DNA of 64,000 nucleotides from Vitrella brassicaformis CCMP3155 (taxonomy: Eukaryota; Protista; Chromerida). The notes beneath the pieces are model-generated. The model saw only the letters and a program-made list of their open reading frames with translations. It was not told the origin of the DNA and made no database searches. Positions 12,095 to 24,742 of this stretch are shown one piece after another. Position 1 is the stretch's first letter; each line of letters begins with the position of its first letter. A program made the translations under genes and the position numbers. The stretch spans positions 372,001 to 436,000 of the forward strand of contig CDMY01000366.1 in the NCBI GenBank assembly GCA_001179505.1, read 5' to 3'.

Positions 12095-13530
12095 CTGACT
12101 GCCTGGTCGGTCTGTCTGGCTGTGAATCAGATTTTTCCTTCGCTGGGCTGGCTGCCTTTTTCGTTGGTCGTGGAACGCCACCGTGTGGTCGTCACACGTG
12201 AAGGCGGTCAGCAGCGCCTGCCGTGTTTTTTATGGTCCCCCCCTCTTTTTATCTCCTTGCCATGCCAGCTGCCTCGGTGCATGCGCATGGCCACATGGTC
12301 GCATGTGTGTGTGCTTGTTGTCGTGTGTGTGGATGGATTCATGTATGGGTGTAGTGTATCTTCGAGAGGCCACGGACCACGCGCAACTGCGCCTCGATGG
12401 TGTCGTGTCGTGTGTCCGTGTGTATGTGCTGTACATGCCCTGACTGGGTGCACATGTTGAATGAATGGGGGGGGCGCGAAGACATCGTCAGTCGATTCAT
12501 GTGTGTATGTTGATGTTTTTATCCGTGTGGTTGTGCGTGTTCTGCGTGTGGTGGGACATGATTGATTGTTGGGCTGTGCGGTGCGGCTGTGTATGTTCAC
12601 GTGCCGCGCCGCGCCCAGGCAACAACATGTCACGACCCACAGGCCCAGCCCACTGACTTGCTGAGACAAAACACGGGGTGGGTGCGGTGCATTGATGGGT
12701 GGGTGTGCTGCAGGGACGGACCGTACGCGTCTCAGCTGTATTTTGTATAGTAGAGCGTGAATTCAGCTTACGCGGCAACTTGACTTCCCTCCATCCATTG
12801 GTGTCCAGCCGGCGGGCGGCGAATGTGACCACGTGTGGTTTGTGCATGTCAGTTTGTGTGTATCAGTCAGTATCTTTTTCCCTTTGCTCGTGCACTGACT
12901 GCCCCAGTGAATGAAAGCAACGGGGATGGCAGCGTTGAGTGTGTTGTAACGTCGGTGGCTTGTGTGGTCCCTGTCTTTGGTCGGCGGATGAATTGCAGCC
13001 TCGAGCACACGCACGCACGGTCGCTTCCTTGGGGATACGTTGGTCCATGGGTCGCGACAGTGTGAGTGTGTTCTTCTGGCGGCAGCTCCGCCAGCGAGAT
13101 GGAGTGGAGGGATGGAAGGAATTCGTCAGTTTTGGACGTTTATTAATGACCTCAACAGAGCGACCGGAACGCGCCGCGCCCCACGTACGTTGTATATGGA
13201 TGAGCAACAAGGATAACCGGTCAAGCATCACGTGTGTCTTCATATGGCACGCTCGCGGAAGTCAAATTACACGCACGCATCCATCCGTCACCCACAGTCA
13301 GTCATCGGTCCGGTCCGCCAATCATTACTCACGGCTGTACAAAGCTTCCAATCACTGCGTCGCGCAGAGAGACTACCGACGCCCTCCAGTTGGGCAGGCG
13401 GGCAAGCAAAGAGTTGACCCCCAATCCGTCAGTCAGTCAGTAGTCCGTCGTCGGTCAGTGCTTCTTGCCCGACGTCTTGCGGGGCTTGCTCGACTGCCCA
13501 GCCACACTGCGGCCCTCGTCCGTGAAGGCA

Positions 13531-13996
13531 TCATCTGCATACCAACACACCACAGCGGCCAAGATCAGCATCACCACTGCCTTGCTTGCGTGTGTGAGTG
13601 CGGTGTGTGGTGTGTGGTGGGTTCTTTCGTTTGCTGACCTTGGACGTTGGCGTGTTGCGGCGGCATCAGGCCGTTGATCTGTGTGTTGTCCATGGCCATC
13701 TGTGTGTGCAAGTGCTGCATCTGCTCGAGGCTCACGACGGGCGACGAGAGGGAAGAGCGCGAGAACCAGCGGTCCTGGTCCTTGACGGGCTCGGCGTTGT
13801 CAGCTCGTCGTGCGTTCTTCTTGTTGATGGCCGTGTTGTATCCGTCCCACCCCTTGAGGATGTTGCCGAAGGTGGCGGTCTCGTTGAGGTAGTCGGACTC
13901 GAAGTCGTAGATCTTCTGCTCTATCTGGCTGAGGCTCTCCTTGAGCTCCTCACGCGCCTTCTTGATCTCCTTCAGTGTGCTCGACTCTACACGCAT
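13531..13996 (-). CDS. EAF6: EAF6/MEAF6 subunit of NuA4/MYST histone acetyltransferase complexes; last exon uncertain
   Basis: ATG at 13996. LSQIEQKIYDFESDYLNETATFGNILKGWDGY and DQDRWFSRSSLSS match the two conserved Eaf6 blocks. Confidence 0.9.
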
Positions 13997-14136
13997 CGCC
14001 AAGCCACAAACGAGCAGGGGGGCACAACGAGTGCACTGCTGGGATAGTAACTGGCTCAAATAACGGAGATTCAGTTTTTGCTTTTTCCTTCAAGCTCGCC
14101 AAATCGTGCGAGCTTCCCTTCTCCAGGACGGGGGAA

Positions 14137-15799
14137 ATGGGCGAGGCAGCACGAGATTTGTTGTCCAAGGCGGACAAGAAGCTCAAGGGCGGGCTGCTCA
14201 GCTTCTTGTCTGGCTCGTCGCGGTACGATGAGGCGTGCGAACTCTACCAGCAGGCGGCGAACCAGTTCAAGCTGCAAAAGATGTGTAAGCGGACACAAAG
14301 GCAGACGCATCCTCTCATTATCTGTCGCTGATCTGTGTGTGTTGTGTGTTGGCTACGGCAGGGCAAGATGCGGCCGAGGCGTTCATCCGGTGTGCGCATT
14401 GCCAGCACCAGTTGCAGAGCGCAACGGAGGAGGCCAACTTCCTCATGGAGGCCGCCAGTGTCATGAGGAAATACTCCACTTCAGGTGCACAACACACACA
14501 CACACACACACGTGTGCACATCCCACCAGTGTTGATCTGTACAATGCCTCCCTCTTTCCTGTCCTCTCTCCCTTTGTGTCGCTGCGCGTCGGTTTGTGTG
14601 CTGGTGCAGATGCCGTGGAGCAGTACAACAAGGCAGTAGAGCTGTACAGCGCTGCGGGTCGTTTTGCCCAGTCGGCCAAGATCCTCAAGCAGGTGGCGGA
14701 GCTCTACGAGGGCGATGGCGACTACGAGCGGGCCGTTCAGTTCTACAGGAGGGCCGCTGACTTGTTCGAAATGGACGACTATGGAAAGTCAGCCAGTCAC
14801 AGCCACCATACCAGACAGACACACAAAGGCGATGGATGCCTGTTGTGTATGTGTGGATGTCTGCGCGCAGGTCTCAGTTGACGGCGTGTATGCTCAAGAT
14901 TGCCGAGTACATCGCACGGTACGAGAAGAAGCTCGAGGAGGCCATTCAGGTCAGCCAGTCCACCAGCCAGCAGACCCTTCGACGATGGAGGCGCATCCGT
15001 GTCTTGTGTCCCTCGCGGCATTGTCAGATTTTTGAGAAGGAGGGCCAGAAGGCGTTGCAGAACAGTCTGATCCAGTTTGGCGCCAAGGAGCACTTTCTCA
15101 AGGCGGGCATCCTGCACCTGGCGACCAACGTGGGCAGGCACATCACACCACACACACACCCATGAACGCACATTGCCATCCATCCATCCATCGGTGGTGT
15201 GTGCGGGTGCGTGTGTGTCATCAGGACGCCGTGAATGCCAAGTTGGCCTACGAGAAGTACGAGGCCATGGACCCAAGGTGGGCGGCCCACCGATTCACTC
15301 GCACACAGAGATACACAAAGCAAAAATGCGGTCTCTGCGTGTGTGTATGTGTGACAGATTTGGTCCGTCGCGGGAAGGACAGCTCCTCAAGGTCCGCACA
15401 GTGCATGTTCGAACACATTTGACGGCGAGCGGTGCCACAACCCTCGGCCGTGGTGTGGTTGCTCTTTTGTGTGCAGGCGATGGTTGAGGCCTTCGAGCAG
15501 AACAACGTCGACCAGTTTGTTGAAGCCATGTGAGCCCCACACACCACCCATCATACGTGTGTGTCGTGTGTGTGTGTGATGGTTATGTGCGTGGTGTCAG
15601 CCACGAGTATGACACCATCACCAAGCTGGATGCCTGGAAGACACACTTCCTCTACAATGTGAGCCAGCAAATGCCGACCAGCACACCACACGGGCTGCCT
15701 CTTGATGTGTTGTGTGTGCTTCATTGTGTGGTGCAGGTGAAGGAGCAGATGGCGCCCTCAGCTCCCGAGGGCGAGGGCGGGGAGGTGGACCTCACCTGA
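14137..15799 (+). CDS. SEC17: Alpha-soluble NSF attachment protein (alpha-SNAP); 10 exons
   Basis: Spliced product: ADKKLKGGLLSFL...RYDEACELYQQAANQFKLQK, GRFAQSAKILKQVAELYE, FGAKEHFLKAGILHLA, HEYDTITKLDAWKT, and C-terminal EVDLT*. Confidence 0.95.
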
Positions 15800-15945
15800 C
15801 TGAGGGAGGGCACGTGTGTGCGCTGAGTGAGTCAGCGTGTTTTTGACTGACTGGAGTGATAGAGGCTGCGAAGATGATGCACTCGATGCATGCAGAAGCT
15901 TTTTCTCGTGACTGAATAAATCCTTGACTCAACTTTTGATATGTA

Positions 15946-15973
15946 TTCCATCGGGCTGATTCCATCGGGCTGA
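15946..15973. repeat. Perfect 14-bp tandem duplication TTCCATCGGGCTGA x2
   Basis: Read directly at 15946-15959 and 15960-15973, about 115 bp upstream of the EF-hand gene ATG. Confidence 0.9.
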
Positions 15974-16087
15974 ACCATGGAGTGAGCATCCAATCACTAG
16001 GAGGGTTTCCGCTAGGGTCCAGGGTACGAGACCCTGAAAGCTGAGTGTCGAAGCCTTGTGGCGACCCGTTGGCTCCCGCCGGTTTTG

Positions 16088-17435
16088 ATGGCCCACCGTC
16101 AGGCGCAGCGGTCTCTCCGAGCCCTTCCCGCCTTCCCCACCCCTCCCCCGACCCTCCTCAGGCCCGTGCAGGCCACCAGCGCACGGACGTACTCATCGGG
16201 AGTCGTCAATGTACAGGTAAGTACCGACACACCCACCGCACCCAGCCTCACAAGAATGCAGATGTGCTGGAGGAGAGTGCTGTGCTCGTGTGTCTGTGGT
16301 TGGTTGTTGCAGCCCACTTTCTCTCCCATTCGTGACTTTGCCGAGTTCTACACGTCGCTGCGGGTAGTGCCCAAGACCGACCCTGCCGCCAGCCACGTCG
16401 ACCCGGGGACGGCCTTCCTCTATGTGCGCAATGTGCTTAAGGACGTGCCCGTGGCTGAGGCGCTGGAGATATTCTCGATGGGCCAGGTCAAGGGCTTCGT
16501 GGACGAGACGGCGTTCAAACGGGCCCTCACCTGTGTGCTGGAGAGATACCACAACCACCCGCTGCACCACAGCAACGGGCTGACCATTCCTGACGGGCTG
16601 CTCGACGGTGCGCAGGGAGGGAGAGGGAAGAGAGACGGGGGATGGGATGCTTTGCGTCACTTCACTTGGTCTCTCATTTGTGGCGTTTGTGTTGGTGCGT
16701 GTTGTGGTGTGGTCAGCTGCGTGGGGGATTTTTGACAAGTTGCGTCAGGGCAAGGTGAACGTGCTGGAGCTGACGCCCACCATCTGCTTCTACTGCAAAG
16801 GCACCGTCGAAGACAGAATAGATGGTACTTACACATATGTCAAGAGGGAATGGAGGCGGGGGACGCAGATGTGCAGGTGTCGGCACAGACGAGTCTGTCA
16901 TCATGTCACGTCAGCTGTGTTTGCGTTGTTTGATGAGGACCACAACGGCTACATTGAGTTCGAGGAGATGACCAAACTGCTCACATCGCTGTACAGAGGT
17001 GCGCACCGTGCTGACAGACAGACATTGGTTGGTTGATGCGGTAGCAAGACGCCACCTGGCCTGACCGTGTCTGCCGTGTGTGGTGTGGACGCAGTGACGT
17101 TGACGGAGAAGACCAAGCAGGTGCTATCCGACTTCAAGATTGACGTGCAGACACCCGAAGAGGTCAGTCAGTCAGGCGACACACGAGCACGCACAGCACC
17201 ATTCCACCCACACCCACCCATGGCATCTCTTGACGTTTGCCCGCAGCTCTCCAACCTGACGGCGACGGAGTGCTTCAGGGCGGCGGACGTCAACCACGAT
17301 CGCAAGCTGTCGCCCGAGGAGTTCAAGGTCTGGTGCCTCACACCCCCCACCCAACTCTCACCCGGGGAGTCCCTCCTCCGCACCCCCCTTAGCAACCTGC
17401 TGCTCGCCATCATGGAGCCGCAGAAGCCCTTCTGA
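16088..17435 (+). CDS. EF-hand Ca-binding protein (calcineurin-B/NCS-like) with mitochondrial-type presequence; 6 exons
   Basis: EF loops DEDHNGYIEFEE and DVNHDRKLSPEE, plus degenerate DKLRQGKVNVLE; KGTVEDRIDAVFALFD. First in-frame ATG is 16088 (the track start at 16058 is GTG). Confidence 0.85.
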
Positions 17436-19244
17436 CTGCTGCAGCCCTGGCTGCCTGGCTTGTCCAGAGTGTTGTGTGATACGTGTTGTGTAGGGGGCGG
17501 GGGACTTTGAGATTTTTTCGCGTGGATTGCTGTGGTTATGATTGGAGAATATGGCTGCGAGGAGCTTCTTTTGTCGCGACGAGAGATGCCAATTGACGAG
17601 AGGGAGAGAGGGAGGGAGGAAGTGCAGGCAGGTTTTCCGCCGTGTCTGTGAGTGTGCCTAATGCTCATCCACACATGTATGGTGATCATGGCTGGCCTCA
17701 GGTCAGCCGCCCTATGGACCAACGACATGCACCCACACGCGCACACTCCCACACGGGCATACACACACACATACTCGCTGCCTTGACCGGCCTTCAGTCA
17801 CTCCTTTCGGGGGCACCACGCCTCTCATACAGACACAGACAGACAGACAGAGGGAGGGAGGGAGGGAGGGAGGGAGAGAGGACATGTGCAGGTGTATTGG
17901 AAGCAAAGACGCAGCCCAAAGGGAAGAGTTTTTGCCGGCAGGGGGATGGACGTGGGTGAGTGGGGGGACTTTCTGTGTTGTGCTTCCAGCTGTGTGTGAG
18001 CGGTTGTTTTTGGGTTGTCTATCGCTGTGCAGAAATGGGGAGAAGTGTGATGACGGACGGATGCACTCATACTCGAAGAACAGAAAGTGTGTGAGGCTGT
18101 GTTGTGGAAAGGAAAGATGCTCGCTCTTTCGATTCCTTCCTCTGTATCTGGCCGATGTAATTCTCACACAGAGATCGATGTGCCGTTCTCTGTGTCGGCG
18201 TCGCAACGGGTCTGTTGCAGAGGAGGAGTCAGGAAATGCAGCAGCAGCGGCGAGCCGAGTCTGTGTCGCTCCTACTGTCTGTCTTGTGTACAACAGACAG
18301 ACCACACATAGCTACCGTCGGCATGCATGCAGATGTAATGTGTCGAGTTTGGTTGGCGAGAGAGAGAAGTGTCGTGTGTCATCGCTTGTTCGCTGCTCGT
18401 CTGTCGTGTCATGCGTGCTTTCTGGTGCGCGTCGCGGTGGCGCGTTCTCTTTGTTGCGAGTCTCAGAGGGGCCAGATGTCGGCTCATCTGTAGGCTTGCA
18501 TGAAGAGGATGTGTCAGCACTGTGCGCGAAAAGGCCGCAGGACAAGCTTGGCTCATCCATCCACCACGGCTGATTTTTCTCTCCATTGGCCTGTGATTTT
18601 TCCGGACCGACCTCAATTGTCTGGTCTGTCCGCCTCCTGCCTCCGTGTGTTGTGTGTGGCGAGCGCATGTGCTCTGTGTGAGTGTGCTGCTCTCCACTGG
18701 AGTGTGTGTGTACGTGTATGGTGGTGTGGCTACCCTTGTCCGTCGAGTGAAGTCCGTTCATGCAGTACAGGGGTGGGCCAGGCGGAGCCGTGCGGCGGAG
18801 CCGAGCCCGCCCTCCTCTCTCACTTGCCTTGCCTGCCTTGCCTGCTGCATGTTGCTGCTGCTGCTGGTGCTGCTGCATAATGAATCTGGTTGCCTGCATG
18901 AGGAGGGGATGCGTCTGTGCGCACGCACGTACCAACGTACGTGTCGTGAAAGACGGGAGGGGGAGGGGGAGGGGAGGGATGGACAGATTTCTGTTCGCAC
19001 GTCCATGCGCATGCATCAGTCCAATCCATGCAGCTCACGATACGTTTCTATGTGCACAATGTCGCGTGCAGTGCATGGGCAGACACAAACAGAAAAACCT
19101 CTCAAACACCTTTCGGGACAAAGATCTGCGACCATTTTGCATGCATGCACTCGCCGAATGCGCCCCCCATGCCCCCAGTCTCAATATCGTCCAATCCAGC
19201 TTGCCCGTGGTGTTCTGCGCCAATAGGCACCCGGCCCTCTCACC

Positions 19245-22200
19245 ATGGCTCCCAAGAAGAAGCCTGCGGACGAGATCGTCGAACTGCAGCAAAAGCTTGC
19301 CGCCAAAGAGAAGGAGAACGAGGCCCTTTCCAAGGACATGGACACCAAGCAAACCGCCCTCACGGCCAAGCAGCTCGAGCTGGACGACGAGAAGGCAGCA
19401 AGAGAGTCAATTGCCCAGGAGCTGGCGGCCAAGAAGGAAGAGGCAGAGGCGCACCAGAAGGCGGCTGAGGAGCTGCAGCGGACCATCCACGAGCATCGGG
19501 AGCAGCTGCAAAACCTGCAGAAGACCAACACTGAGAACAAGGACATCGAGCGGGACAAGGCCGCACTCGAGCAGCGGATCAAGGAGCTGGAAACCGAGAA
19601 AGATGAGTTGCAGAGAAAGATACCCAAAGAGATCGGGGGAGAGGTGGCGGATGGTGCCACTGCCATTGCCAGTGGAGATGTGGGAGTGCTGGACGTGTCC
19701 ATATCTGACCTGGAGTTCGCCAGGCCCTTCAACTACTTCCTCAGTGTGCAGGTGGACGGCATCGGCCCCAAGAGGCGGAGTGACGTGTCGGCCGTCACCG
19801 ACAGACCCACCTTCCGCCAGTCGTCCTTCCTCCTGCCCCTCCACGACGCAACGCTTACAGACATCCCCTCCCGCTCTGTTGACATCGCCGTATATGTCCT
19901 CGTGGGCGCCCCGCCAGCTGCAGCATCAGGGAGCGATGTGCCGGCCATCAGGGACGGCGCAGCACGGTTCCTGGGGGAGGGATCGGTGAGTTTGCGGAAG
20001 TTGAACATCCAGCAGCCGGCCCCGATTACCCAGGCTATCACATTCATCAGGAAGAGTCAGCAACAGGCAGAGGGCGATCAGGGCAAGACAATCACAGTGG
20101 GTCGGGGGGTGGTGACGGTGAAGCTGACCAGCATGCGGAGGGACGATGCGTGTGAGCTGGAGCTGCCTTCGGCGGCTGACGGCGAGGCTGGTGGCCCTTT
20201 GCCGCAGCTGGAACACTCGCTGTGGATTGCTCATCCATTCAGGTAGGGCGTGGGTGTGGAAGGTGTGTCTCCCATGTGTCTTGTGTCTTGTGTATGTGTG
20301 TGTAGGTGTCGGTTGCGAGCTGTGGTCCGGTCGGCCCGCCTGGCCCCGCCTGTTGGTGCTCCGTCAGCTCTTTCAAATGTAAGACAATGTCGTGCCTCTC
20401 TGCAGCCCGTAAGACTTGGCTCTCATCAAATCTTGTGGGTGGTCAGGTGGTGATGCGTTTGCTGCGCTATGACGGGTCGGTCTTATCGGAGAGCGCCACG
20501 TCAGATGTGCTGGTCACCACGTCAGAGCCGCACACACTGGTCTCATTCAACCAAGAGGTGACAGATGAGTGTGTGTGTGTGCAACGGTGGAAGCCACCTG
20601 TATATGCTCGTGTGTATCTGATGTCAGTGCAGGTGGTCCTTCCGCTTCCCCCCGACGCACAGGCCGACGACCAGCGGCTGCAGCTCTCCCTACACGTGCA
20701 GTCTGGCAGCGCCTCCCACTCCCTCCTCACCACCTCCCTCTTCCTCAACGCCCTCCCCCCCTGCCACCCACTGCACCTCACATGCGACCCCTCCCCATCC
20801 ATGTCCATGTCTCTCGCTCCACCGCCATCTCTGCTGCTCTCCCTGACCATGGAACCATCCCACCACCAGCTGCCCGCCAAGACCCCCGCCCACCCCCCTA
20901 CACACCCCGTGGAGTTCCGTCTGCACGGCGTGCCGTCGCATCGCCCCCTCCCTGAGCCGCTCACCGACGTCATGGCGGTTCTGTCGTTCGACGGCGATTC
21001 GAAAGATCCCTCCATCCCGCAGTTGCCGGTGTTGACGCACTATTACGACGGCAGGCTGGACCTTACGACGACCGTGAGGGATTACTTTGCCTCCGACAGG
21101 CCGGCGAGGCGGTTCGCCACTCATGTGGTCGACAACAGCCGGACGCCGTGCTTCGATGGGTACGTGGTGAGGGCGCTGGTATCGCCAGCTGAGCTGTCGC
21201 GTGTGACGGTGCTGCTCTACTGCCGGGGGCCTTCCACTCTCGGTGACGCACAGCTTCCTGACGTGCTCGCGGGGTTTGCCACTGTCGGTGAGGGAGAGAG
21301 ACATCGCTAGGATACCGAGAAACGGTCTTTGTGTGTCTGTGTGTCTGTGTCTGTGGGTGTCTGGATGGGTATACGGGTGCAGATGTGTCCCCTCTGCTCC
21401 CTCCCAGTGGGTCAGCGCCCCTCCAGCGGTCCTTCCTGCTGGATGTCCGTCTGCTAGAGCACCCCACTGCCGCTGCATCCTTTGAGCTGGAGGCACGGGT
21501 GTGGCCGTCGATCAACACAATACGGAGACCATCAGGGGTGACCGTCATGGCGGGAGAGCAGCAGCCTCACCTGCCACCACCACCACCGCCACGAGACATA
21601 GACATGCCGTCAGCCAGAGAGAGAGAGCCGCCGGCCGCTGCTGCTGCTGAGGGGCGTCAAGAGCCTGCCAGCAGTGCCCCTGCTGCCCCACCCGGTGCAT
21701 CCTCATTGGCAGCGCCTCTGACGGTAGCTGCCTTCGAGCAGAAGCTGGGCGAGCTGCGGCAGGACCACCAGCTCACCGCCCATCTCATGAAGGAATTCAA
21801 CATGAGGTCACCCCAACCGCCACACACTCTCCGACCACTCCCTGCATCCCGTTCCTGCCATGTGTGTGTGTGCGTGCGTGTGTGTGTGTGTGTATGTGTG
21901 TGTGTCAGGGCAGCTGCTTTGAAGCAGGCTGGGAACGATATAGTTGAGCTGAAGAAGCAGATAAGTCTCCTCAAGAGCGAGCGGGACAGCCTCAAGGAGC
22001 AGCTGAGGGAGGAGGAGGAAATCTGGGCGGACACCGGCAGCGGCAGACCGCCCGAAGGCGACCCTTTGCAGCACATACCCCTCGACCACCTTACCAACGC
22101 AGAACTGGCCATCAAGCTCAAAACGACTCTCTACAAATACAGGGAGGAGAAGGGCAAGGTGGTCGAGATGCGCAAGCGTCTCGAGGCGGCGATGAAGGAG

Positions 22201-23252
22201 GTGGCGCGCGGCCGTGGGCTGCAGCGGCAGCTGGAAGAGATCGAGAAGGCTCACGTCGAGCAGGCTGCCGTGCTGCAGCGGCTGCAGTCGGAGAACGCCA
22301 AAGTGGGGCTATATCGGCAGACGGCCAAGAGCCAGGAGAAGGTACGTCTGCTGCCGATGCCGCCACGCCCACACATGAGGATTGGATGTGTGTGGCGTGG
22401 TGTTGTTGGCTGTGCAGGTGATCCAGAAGCTTGAGAAGGTGCTGGAGTCGTCATTGGATGAGGTGCAGCGGTCGCAGCAGCTGCAGCACAACAACGAGAT
22501 ACTCAAGACAGAAAACTACAGACTACAGGCAGGGACACACTGAAACACACAGAGACACCCCGAGAGAGACACAAGTACCCGAGAGAGACACAAGTACTTA
22601 CTGTATGTGTGTCTGTCTGTCTGTGCGTGTGTGTGTGCAGGAGAGGGTCCGTGGTCTGCTGGTGCAGAAGGGCTACAACGACGGGATCGACCAGGACATC
22701 GCCGAGCTCCAGACACAGATCAAGGACAGGGTGAGCATGACCACGCCAAACCAAACCAAACCAAACCAAACCGCACTGTATACGCCATCCCTCTACATGT
22801 CTCTCGTGGATCGCAGGACGAGGAGATCCAGCGTCTGGAGGAGATGGTAGAGACCTTCGGTCAGGAGCCACCACCAGGCGCAGCCAGACGCAAGCAGCCC
22901 TCGGCGAGGCCACAGGCGCCCCCCGGTCCCGACGTGAGTCGGCTGGACGAGGAGCGGCAGGAGTGGATGATGAAATGCGAACAACTCGAAATCAGAAAAG
23001 CCGCACTCGTAATTATACACCCATTCACACAAATACATAGACAGAGAGAGAGACATGTGTGTTCAGGAGAATGAGTTGCGGGAGAAGGCGAAGCATTACG
23101 GTCGTGAGCTGTCGTCTCTGAAGGTGGAGCTGGCCAAGCGCGACGCGCAGATACTCCATATGCAGATGCAGATACGTGCCAGGGGGGGCGAGCCCGACAT
23201 CACTGAGCCCAACATGACGGGAGTGGGGTTGGGGCAGGAGGGGGGCATCTGA
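19245..23252 (+). CDS. Coiled-coil plus C2-domain protein, CCDC33-like; multi-exon
   Basis: N-terminal coiled coil; C2-like strands VLDVSISDLEFARPFNYFLSVQV...RPTF. C-terminal EKAHVEQAAVLQRLQ...YRQTAKSQEKVIQKLEKVL resembles the CCDC33 coiled coil (recalled similarity, not searched). Stop at 23250-23252. Confidence 0.7.
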
Positions 23253-24742
23253 TGAGGGATGGATGTGTGTGTGTGCGGCTGAGTGGGGTAAGTGAGTGGG
23301 TGGGTTAGCTCTTGTCGCACAGCACATTCGTTGCACAAGTCAGTCAGTCAGTCGCATTGTTGTATTGTATCTGCTCAGGACTCCACACATCCACGCATTC
23401 AAGAACCAACGGACTGTTTGTCGTGCCTACCAAGTGGTTTCTCGCTGGTCCATTCCCTACAAGTCTTTACTAACCAGTGAGTGCCATGCAGGCCACGGCG
23501 CGCCACGGGGGCCTGCCTGCCTGCCTCCTACTGAGGCCACCCACTATCCCACACATCAGGCACGCACACAGGCATTCAAGGGCAAAATGTACACTCACAC
23601 GTGTAGTAGCACCCCTAGACACGGTACGGCACTGCACGGCACGCAACACATGCACCTGTACACGCAGTCACCAGACAGACGGACAGACAGACGAGCAAGA
23701 GTGTGTGTGAGAGGGAGAGAGGGAGCGAGAGCCTACAGGTGGGGAAAAACAAGGCGGAGGCAGAGCCGTGTGGTGTGGTGTGGTGTGGGCGGTGCAGTGT
23801 ATCCAGCTACGGCAAAAGCGAACGCATTTGGGTTCAGCTCTTCACGGCATGTGATGTGCACATCTGTTCCCCATGGCACAGGGCGTGCGGCCCGCGAGTC
23901 ACAGATGCAAATCGAATAGCGACGGTTTTGTGCCGCACCGATTTGCATCCACTCACGCGAGACAACACGCCCACCATGAGGAAACAGACGGCAGCCGAGA
24001 GGAGGCAGCTAGGCTTACCAGGTCTCTCTCTGGTCTCAGTGTATGTATCTGTGTGTGGGAGTGGTGTGCGCATCTGTCAGTCAGCTCATATTCACATCAG
24101 CACGGCCCCGACCAGACACCACAAACAAATAGACAGGCAAGTAGAGCGACTGAGAGAGGCAGGCAGGCAGGCAATTAGGCAGTTGGGCTGTCTGGTGAAT
24201 TAGCCTCTATCTGGGCGGATCGACGAGAGTCATCATCCAGCTGTGGGCGCCATCCATTCACACACACGTCCATCCGAGAGGGAGGGAGGGATCTCTGGTC
24301 GGCCATCTCTACTCAGTCGTGGCGACCACATCCACCACCCTCCCATCTCCTTGCCATGTGACGCGTATTACACACGTGTGTGCGTGTGTGTGTGTGTCTG
24401 TCTGTGTCGCATCAACGAAATGCAGCGAAGCAACAAACACGACAACAAAACACGGTGTGTGCATGTGCGTGCGTGTGGGTGGGTCGTGTGCCATCCATCC
24501 ATGCGAACCATCACAGGCATTAATTACCACCATGCATCCAAAGCGTGTCACCACCGGTCGTCACGCAGACACGCAGACGCACAGGCAGCAAAAAACAAGG
24601 ACAAGTGAATTGGTTAAGTTAGCGAGTCGAGTAGCATCCATGGGTGCCCGCACACGGACGGGCGGCCTCTCTATCTCTCCCTCATCTACAGGGGACCGTG
24701 TGTGTGTCTGGAGGGGGGCGGGTGTGTGGGGGGGAGGGGGTG

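Noticed and set aside
13112-13216. 34-codon ORF MEGIRQFWTFINDLNRATGTRRAPRTLYMDEQQG
   Set aside because: Too short, no recognisable motif, and lies in the probable antisense 3' flank of EAF6.
18312-19016. Minus-strand ORF with poly-Gln and a KEN-box-like NKENAPP
   Set aside because: Crosses CA-repeat sequence, and I found no convincing minus-strand splice structure. The plus strand has the TG bias of transcribed non-coding flanks. Not excluded, but unsupported.
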